64,000 nt of DNA, from positions 8,613-72,612 of the forward strand of contig CABQIK010000007.1 in NCBI GenBank assembly GCA_902464275.1. The letters run 5' to 3'. The notes beneath the pieces are model-generated. The model did not search any database, was not told where the DNA came from, and saw only the letters and a list, made by a program, of their open reading frames with translations. Each line of letters starts with the position of its first letter. Position 1 is the first letter of the stretch. Origin of the DNA: an uncultured Alphaproteobacteria bacterium (GTDB taxonomy: Bacteria > Pseudomonadota > Alphaproteobacteria > RF32 > CAG-239). This document shows, piece after piece, positions 57,879 through 64,000 of this stretch. A program made the translations under genes and the position numbers.

Positions 57879-59699
57879 TCACATTGTCAGCTTAAACGGC
57901 GGCAAAACTGCATCATATTTAAGCCTGAACAACAAATTAACCTCTTCCGGAAGTAAGCCGCTCTTTTCCATAATCTGCATAGCCGGCAAACCGCCGCCAT
58001 TTTCTAGGTAGCGATTAAGCTTTTCCTGCAAGTTAGGGCGGCGCGGATAATACATCATGCCGAAAGTATCGCCTTGCTTAATACCGGCAAGTTCTTTAGC
58101 TTTTTGGAGCGCTTTTTCAAACCCGCCCAATTCATCAACCAAGCCGACTTTAACCGCGTCTTGCCCAAGCCAAACTCTGCCGCGGGCAAGCTTATCCATT
58201 TGTTCATCACTTAAATTACGAGCTTTGGCAACTTTACCGGTAAAATCTTTGTAAACATTATCAAGCGAACGGTTAAACACTGCTTTTTCCGAGGCATTGA
58301 ACTTGTGATTGGCACTCAAAACACCGGAGTTTTTACCATATTTTATTTCGCCCCAGTTTATATCAAGTTTTTTCCATAATTCGCTAAGCACCATTTTACC
58401 GCCCAACACGCCTACCGAGCCGGTAACAGTCGCCGGTTCCGCCACAATATAATCGCCGGCAATCGCCACAAAATATCCGCCGGAAGCCGCATAATCGCCC
58501 ATTGAAACCACAATCGGCACGCTCTTCCATTTTTTAAACCGATTTAAGGCGTACCAAATTTCTTCTGAGGCAACATAACTGCCTCCCGGACTGTTAATCC
58601 GCACAATTAAAGCCTTAATATTTTTATATTTGCTCAATTCTTTTAACTGCGCCACCACGGTTTCAGAACCAAGCATAGCCTCGCGCATCGGAGCATTGGT
58701 ACTGGTACCGCTGTCAATAGTGCCTTCCAACACCAACATAGCAACCAACGGAATATTGTCTTGTTCATAATCGTTTATGGTTGACATATAGTCTTTGATT
58801 GAAATTGATTTAGCCTGATAGCGGCGTTCCAAAAAGCTGGTCATTTCCTGCTTATAGCCGATTTTATCAATCAATCCCGTTTCCAACGCATCACCGGCGA
58901 AAATCGGGGCTTTATCAATTAAATTTTTCACCCTTTCCGTGCTCAAGTGCCTGTTTTCGGCAATACCTTCAACCAACTGATTAAACAAACTGCCTCCAAG
59001 CTTGGAAAGTTCTTCTTTATAAGCGGGGGTAAACCCTTTGCTGACAAGCGAGGCAACCGCGGTTTTATATTCATAACGAGTATAAAATTCCGGTTCAACT
59101 CCAACTTTATTCAAAATACCCTTAAAAAACGGAACTTCAATGTTCACGCCGGTCATACCGATATCACCGCCTGATTGAAGCCAAATTTCATCAAAATATG
59201 TTGCCAAATAATATTCTTTGGTTCCCTGTCCGAATGAACCCATAGTGTTTGAAAATATATGAGCCTCTTTACCTTTGCTCTTAAAATAAGATATTGCCTG
59301 CGAAACATCTTGCATTTGTGCCAACCCTAAAGGCGACATATTCACGGTTGCCGAAATGGCTTTAACCCTGTCGTCATCGGCCGCCGTATTAATCGCCCGC
59401 ACTAAGTCAAACACTGAGTACACTGATTTATCGGCAAACTCGGCAAAAAAATCATCGCTTCTGAGCTCGGCATAATTATCATCAAAATTAATTTCCAACA
59501 CCGCGGAATCCGGAATAGTAACTGTTCTTGAGCGAGGGCTGATAATGCTTAAAACCCCGAGTAAAATTAAAATAAATACCACCCCGAAAACGGCAAAGGC
59601 ATACACTATTGTTTTCAACAAAAGTCTGATGCCTATTTTTTTACGTTTATCCATATCTGCATACAATGTATTCATTCCGACCTCATTCATTGTTTTCAA
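57879..59699 (-). CDS. sppA: signal peptide peptidase SppA (protease IV), 67K type
   Basis: Two S49 domains. GDYAASGGYFVA. Confidence 0.85.
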   Translation of the reverse strand: MKTMNEVGMNTLYADMDKRKKIGIRLLLKTIVYAFAVFGVVFILILLGVLSIISPRSRTVTIPDSAVLEINFDDNYAELRSDDFFAEFADKSVYSVFDLVRAINTAADDDRVKAISATVNMSPLGLAQMQDVSQAISYFKSKGKEAHIFSNTMGSFGQGTKEYYLATYFDEIWLQSGGDIGMTGVNIEVPFFKGILNKVGVEPEFYTRYEYKTAVASLVSKGFTPAYKEELSKLGGSLFNQLVEGIAENRHLSTERVKNLIDKAPIFAGDALETGLIDKIGYKQEMTSFLERRYQAKSISIKDYMSTINDYEQDNIPLVAMLVLEGTIDSGTSTNAPMREAMLGSETVVAQLKELSKYKNIKALIVRINSPGGSYVASEEIWYALNRFKKWKSVPIVVSMGDYAASGGYFVAIAGDYIVAEPATVTGSVGVLGGKMVLSELWKKLDINWGEIKYGKNSGVLSANHKFNASEKAVFNRSLDNVYKDFTGKVAKARNLSDEQMDKLARGRVWLGQDAVKVGLVDELGGFEKALQKAKELAGIKQGDTFGMMYYPRRPNLQEKLNRYLENGGGLPAMQIMEKSGLLPEEVNLLFRLKYDAVLPPFKLTM

Positions 59700-60399
59700 G
59701 TAATTGTTTTACAAAAACCGGCAAAGTCTGCCCGCTTTTACCGTAAATATGCTCATCAAACAAATAATTATTTGATGTATTTTCTAAATTAAACTCCATA
59801 GTGTGTGCGCCATGCGCCTTAGCGACTTTGACAAATCCGGCGGCAGGATAAACCACGCCTGAAGTTCCGACAGAAATAAACAAATCACACTCATTAAGCA
59901 AGCGTTCAACTTCATTCATGCACAGCAAAGATTCGCCGAAAAACACAATATTCGGCTTCATCATACCGGCAACGCCGCAGTTAGAACACACTGTTTGCGT
60001 ATCAACATCGCCCCATGTTTCCAAAATATGCCCGCAATTTAAGCAAACCGCCTGATTAATTTGCCCATGGATATGATAAACCTTTTTGCTTCCGGCTTTT
60101 TCATGCAAAGTATCAACATTTTGGGTAACAATGCTGACATTACCGCTATATTTTTGTTCCAATTCCGCCAATGCCAAATGCGCGGCGTTCGGCTTTGCCG
60201 CCAAAAGCTCCGGCTTCATTTCATTATAAAAGTCATGCACATATTCCGGATTTTTTGCAAAGGCTTCAATCGTCGCCACATCTTCAACTTTGTGATTATT
60301 CCACAGCCCGTTGCTGCTCCTGAAAGTTGCCAACCCCGATTCTGCCGAAATTCCGGCGCCGGTCAGCACCAATATATTATGATATTGTTTATCCATCAT
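59683..60399 (-). CDS. cobB: NAD-dependent protein deacylase (sirtuin, CobB-like)
   Basis: LTGAGISAESGLATFR, Zn-ribbon CxxC...CxxC, and a catalytic His in HIHG. Confidence 0.85.
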   Translation of the reverse strand: MMDKQYHNILVLTGAGISAESGLATFRSSNGLWNNHKVEDVATIEAFAKNPEYVHDFYNEMKPELLAAKPNAAHLALAELEQKYSGNVSIVTQNVDTLHEKAGSKKVYHIHGQINQAVCLNCGHILETWGDVDTQTVCSNCGVAGMMKPNIVFFGESLLCMNEVERLLNECDLFISVGTSGVVYPAAGFVKVAKAHGAHTMEFNLENTSNNYLFDEHIYGKSGQTLPVFVKQLLENNE

Positions 60400-60510
60400 C
60401 TATCCTCTTGATATTAACATACTTATTTTTTTATCCCGAGGCAAGCAATTAATCAAATTAATAAAAAGTATTTCAAAGGTATCGCCAACTCTTCTCTATG
60501 GAAGGATGCC

Positions 60511-60622
60511 GAAGACGGGGTGGTCTTTTGCAACTTATGCACACCCCGGACTCGTAAATATTGCAAAAAAAAAACGCGAGCTAAAATCTTCTCAAAACCA
60601 ACTTTTGAGGAGATTTTAGCTC
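60511..60622 (+). promoter_or_regulatory. conserved pilin upstream cassette, copy C
   Basis: Same element as copies A and B. The inverted-repeat arms are conserved while the loop sequence differs (caaaaccaactttt versus taaatttaacaattt). Confidence 0.6.
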
Positions 60623-61237
60623 ATGAATACACAATCCGGACGTTCAATGGTTGAAATGTTAGGGGTACTCGCGATTATCGGGGTTTTGAGCGTTGGCGCT
60701 ATTTCCGGTTATAGCAAAGCTATGTTCAAGTACAAACTTAACAAACACTCTGAACAGATGAACACGGTAATTAATGCTGTTGCCCGCAACGTACATAGCT
60801 TTGATAACATCAAACAAGATGAAACTTCTTTAACTTCATATTTTATCAAAATGGGTGAAATCCCGACTGAAATGATAAAAACAAACAACAATAACTATGT
60901 ATATGATATTTTCGGACAGCAGTGGCAGATATACTATAGCGAAGGTTTAATATATTTACTCTCATATAGTGAAAACGGTTCATCATTTTTATCTTCAAAC
61001 TCTTCTGACAGTCTGGCAATTTGCCAAAACATTTTAACTACCTCTAAAGAAAATTCTGATAATATACTCGTAATTGCGGCGACTTTAGGCGAGAGCACTA
61101 ATCGCTTATATGGTGATAAATATTGTTCTAGTAATGAAAAATGCCTTAAAAACTTAGCTTTAGACGATATCTATACTTTCTGCGCTGAAAACACAAAAGG
61201 CGGCATAGCGCTATTTGCTATTACTTGGCAACGCTAG
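60623..61237 (+). CDS. type IV pilin-like protein, paralog 3
   Basis: The N-terminal 55 aa are nearly identical to paralog 2. The C-terminus diverges but retains the GDKYCSSNEKC disulfide loop. Confidence 0.72.
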   Translation: MNTQSGRSMVEMLGVLAIIGVLSVGAISGYSKAMFKYKLNKHSEQMNTVINAVARNVHSFDNIKQDETSLTSYFIKMGEIPTEMIKTNNNNYVYDIFGQQWQIYYSEGLIYLLSYSENGSSFLSSNSSDSLAICQNILTTSKENSDNILVIAATLGESTNRLYGDKYCSSNEKCLKNLALDDIYTFCAENTKGGIALFAITWQR

Positions 61238-61312
61238 CAACTGCTTTAAAAAATGAAAAAGCACACGTTTCACAACGTATGCTTTTGGGTTAAGACCTAA
61301 GACCAGGAAGGA

Positions 61313-61765
61313 TTATACTTCGTAAAAATCCTCCACCGGAATTTTCAAGACTATTTTTTTGACATGGGTTGATCCGTTCACCGCCATACCCGGCATGTGT
61401 GCGAGGTCTGGACCGATGATGCAGGCTTCGCCGGCACGAAGAAGGACAGTATCTTTGACCTCTCCGGTCATGAACATGATGTCCTTTGTCTCATCGTACT
61501 CCTGCTCTACCTGAAACTCGTCCGTGATAGGAGCGAAGTGGATGAGTTCTGTACCGGACACGATGATTTGAACGTCCACCATTTTACGATGCGCCTCAAA
61601 GCGAGAGGTGAGTTTTGTCTCATACTCTTCCGCATTTGCGAACCGTCCACCGTCAAAATCGTAACGCTTAGGGACGAAATTCTCCATGAGTCTCTCAACA
61701 AGTTGTAGCATATCTGCCGGAACTTGACCTTGCTTAGCAAGGATTTTTACATTCAAGCTATCCAT
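61313..61765 (-). CDS. YhcH/YjgK/YiaL (DUF386) family protein
   Basis: C-terminal IGPDLAHMPG.....HVKKIVLKIPV matches the YhcH pattern F.P.D.H.PG...IRKIV.K. GC content is clearly higher than surrounding DNA. Start set at MDSLNV because a promoter lies inside the longer track ORF. Confidence 0.5.
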   Translation of the reverse strand: MDSLNVKILAKQGQVPADMLQLVERLMENFVPKRYDFDGGRFANAEEYETKLTSRFEAHRKMVDVQIIVSGTELIHFAPITDEFQVEQEYDETKDIMFMTGEVKDTVLLRAGEACIIGPDLAHMPGMAVNGSTHVKKIVLKIPVEDFYEV

Positions 61766-61787
61766 AAAAATAAAATTTGCAATTATG

Positions 61788-61816
61788 CTTATACCGCGTA
61801 TGGACTTTTTTGTCAA
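61788..61816 (-). promoter_or_regulatory. sigma70-like promoter TTGACA-N17-TATAAG for the YhcH-like gene
   Basis: On the minus strand, TTGACA (61816..61811) and TATAAG (61793..61788) are separated by 17 nt, about 20 nt upstream of the chosen ATG. Confidence 0.5.
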
Positions 61817-61943
61817 TATATTTTTGCAGAAATCAGGCAATTTTATTTATATTCGTAAATTTTATGTCAAAAATTACCTGATTATTAAAAAAATACTCTT
61901 GACAAGCCGCGTTTAATGGCGTATACAACACTCACTTTTACAT

Positions 61944-62020
<77 letters not shown>

Positions 62021-62178
62021 ATAAAACTAAAATACGCCCGTTCGTAAGAATGGGTGTGTTTTTGTTTTAAATGTGTTGCAAGGAGTTGAACCAACGAAAA
62101 AAGTTGGTTCACTACAAGCGAAAGGCAGGAGCAACATTAGCCGATTAGTACAGCATAATTACATCAACCGGAGAAAAA

Positions 62179-62670
62179 ATGAATAATATAAGAAAAGCCA
62201 CAATCAATGATGCTTCAATTATTGCAGAGATAAGTATTGATAGTTGGAAAAGTGCTTATAAAGGGCTCTTGCCGCCCAAATTGTTGCTAAACAGAAAAGC
62301 CGATAAAAAAAGAATAACCGCTTGGAAAGATAATATCGCTAATAGCGATTATACCGTATTGGTTTATGAACAAAACAAAGTTTGCGGCTATTTATGGGCA
62401 GGTAAAAAAAGAGATAAAATTGATATTCCTTATGAAATATATGCCATATACGTTAGTCCGCAATACCAAAGATTAGGGATTGGACAAGCTCTAATCAATG
62501 AATATAAAAAATTAATCAACAATCAGCCGTTTTATTTATATATGTTAAAAGGGAATGTTCCCGCCTCTGCTTTTTATAAAAAGATGGGAGGAAAAGAAAA
62601 CGTATATTACAATAAAAAAATTTCTGTTAACGAATATACCATTGAAGAAGAAATTTATATTTTTGAGTAA
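62179..62670 (+). CDS. GNAT family N-acetyltransferase
   Basis: 163 aa. Acetyl-CoA binding motif QRLGIGQALI. Very AT-rich. Confidence 0.7.
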   Translation: MNNIRKATINDASIIAEISIDSWKSAYKGLLPPKLLLNRKADKKRITAWKDNIANSDYTVLVYEQNKVCGYLWAGKKRDKIDIPYEIYAIYVSPQYQRLGIGQALINEYKKLINNQPFYLYMLKGNVPASAFYKKMGGKENVYYNKKISVNEYTIEEEIYIFE

Positions 62671-62706
62671 TAAAAATTCGTTTATTGATGGCAAAAAGCG
62701 CTATAT

Positions 62707-63429
62707 CTATTTTATGGTAATGCTTGGATTATCTTCTTGGTTTGCAATTATTATTCTCCTGCCACCGGAAAAATACATAATAAACTTTTCCAAATCATAA
62801 TCATCTTCATATGAATCAACAACAAGTGATATATCTTCTAACTCTGAATCAATCATAAAATCAAAGATATGAGAAATATCGTTATATACGTTAGTATCAT
62901 TATAACCGGGTTTCCATTCCGTAATATTAACATCTTTGGTTGAAAAAAGATTTAAATAATTATGGCTGTTTAATGATACATCATATTGATATGAGCCATA
63001 AATTTTAATTTTTAAAAACTGATTATCAAAAACAAAACCGAAATCTTCAAAATAAACCTTCCGATAATTATCAAACATAACCGGACAATCGCTTGTAAAT
63101 TCAGTATGCCAAATGCTTTTATTAACAATGTATTTTAGTTTTTTCCCGACTAAAGCTTGTTTTAATTCAGGCAAAACATTTTCCAATTCTCTTGCATCAG
63201 CAGATACATCTTTTTTGAGCGGAACATCTATCTTTTTGCTGTCATCAATCTTAATTTCAACACACATATTAAATCCTTTTATGATTGTGCTAATTGTAAA
63301 ACATAAATCTCTCAAACGCAAGAAAATATCTGTAAAGTTATTACCCGACACTTTAATCTGCATGCTGAGTGTATCAGCCACTTGCACAACAAATATAAAC
63401 AGTGATTTTTGCCTTTTATATAAACCCAT
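62707..63429 (-). CDS. hypothetical protein
   Basis: AT-rich ORF between the GNAT gene and the recombinase. The start is uncertain because several in-frame Met codons are present. Confidence 0.35.
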   Translation of the reverse strand: MGLYKRQKSLFIFVVQVADTLSMQIKVSGNNFTDIFLRLRDLCFTISTIIKGFNMCVEIKIDDSKKIDVPLKKDVSADARELENVLPELKQALVGKKLKYIVNKSIWHTEFTSDCPVMFDNYRKVYFEDFGFVFDNQFLKIKIYGSYQYDVSLNSHNYLNLFSTKDVNITEWKPGYNDTNVYNDISHIFDFMIDSELEDISLVVDSYEDDYDLEKFIMYFSGGRRIIIANQEDNPSITIK

Positions 63430-63518
63430 CTATACCGATTACACCAACGACACTCCCGAAACCATCAGGCAAATTGATAGAAATAATATTGTTTATGAGG
63501 AAATGTGCGAGGAATAAA

Positions 63519-64000
63519 TTATTCAGTTAAGATTACATTATTAATAAAATTTCGCACGGTTTCTCTGTCTACGTGTAATTTTTTGGCAATAGCTGTTTTG
63601 CTTTCTCCGTTAGCTAACAACTTTTGTATAATAGATTCCTTGCCTGAAAGTTTTAAATATGAGCTTTTTGTGCCATAAGGTCTACCAAGAATTTTCCCGG
63701 AAGCACGTCTCGCGGCTAAAGCTTCTTTTGTGCGCTGACTTATTAAATTTCGCTCTAATTCAGCTGTTAGCCCAAATGCAAAAGCTAATATTTTCCCCTG
63801 AATTCCTGCATCTAAGCGATAATTGTCTTTTATGGTCCAAATGTTAGCACCGATGTTCATACAATGGTTTAATATTCCCATTATTTGTAATAAATCTCTT
63901 CCCAATCTAGACAATTCACTGGTAATAAGCATATCTCCTTTTTTAATCCTTTTTATAAGTTTGCCTAATTTCCTTTTTTGTAAATCTTGGCGAGAGCTGA
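63519..64000 (-). mobile_element. serine recombinase (resolvase/invertase family), N-terminus beyond window end
   Basis: The frame stays open upstream of the track start and reads ...KKGDMLITSELSRLGRD (resolvase catalytic-domain motif). It also has ELERNLISQRTKEALAARRASGKILGRP and a C-terminal HTH KTAIAKKLHVDRETVRNF. Confidence 0.8.

Noticed and set aside
61313-61840. 175-aa version of the YhcH-like ORF
   Set aside because: A consensus TTGACA-N17-TATAAG promoter lies within the 5' extension, so the shorter ORF starting MDSLNV (61765) is preferred.

Overview
This window looks like alphaproteobacterial chromosome. It carries ctrA, a prfB with the programmed +1 frameshift, gatCAB, rpsO-pnp, groESL, rne, mrcA, ruvC/yebC, and a partial aspS at the 5' edge. 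The host seems to interact with eukaryotes: there is a secreted ankyrin-repeat protein and a Fic protein. Three paralogous type IV pilin-like genes share a conserved upstream cassette. The core is mostly syntenic housekeeping genes, and several AT-rich accessory insertions are embedded in it. (1) An overlapping two-gene module, an ABC-type AAA ATPase plus an RloB/TOPRIM-like protein (23095..24955, minus strand), resembles AbiL/PARIS/split-OLD antiphage systems and sits between rhodanese/rnhB and an asd-like gene. (2) A Fic gene (40973..42025) sits with an orphan copy of the pilin upstream cassette, a tandem array of about 250-bp direct repeats each carrying the 3' 17 nt of tRNA-Ala, and the tRNA-Ala(GGC) gene itself (42918..42993, minus strand). 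This looks like reiterated att-site scars at a tRNA integration hotspot. (3) A tRNA-fMet (61944..62020) is followed by an AT-rich islet with a GNAT, a hypothetical protein and a serine recombinase that is cut off by the window end. It is preceded by a higher-GC YhcH-like gene with its own TTGACA-N17-TATAAG promoter. Two proteins look like pseudoenzymes or degenerate forms: an Asd/Usg-like protein lacking the catalytic Cys/His, and a DEAD-box-like N-domain with degenerate motifs. No CRISPR array, rRNA or obvious transposase is present. Many antisense or embedded ORFs in the track are spurious.
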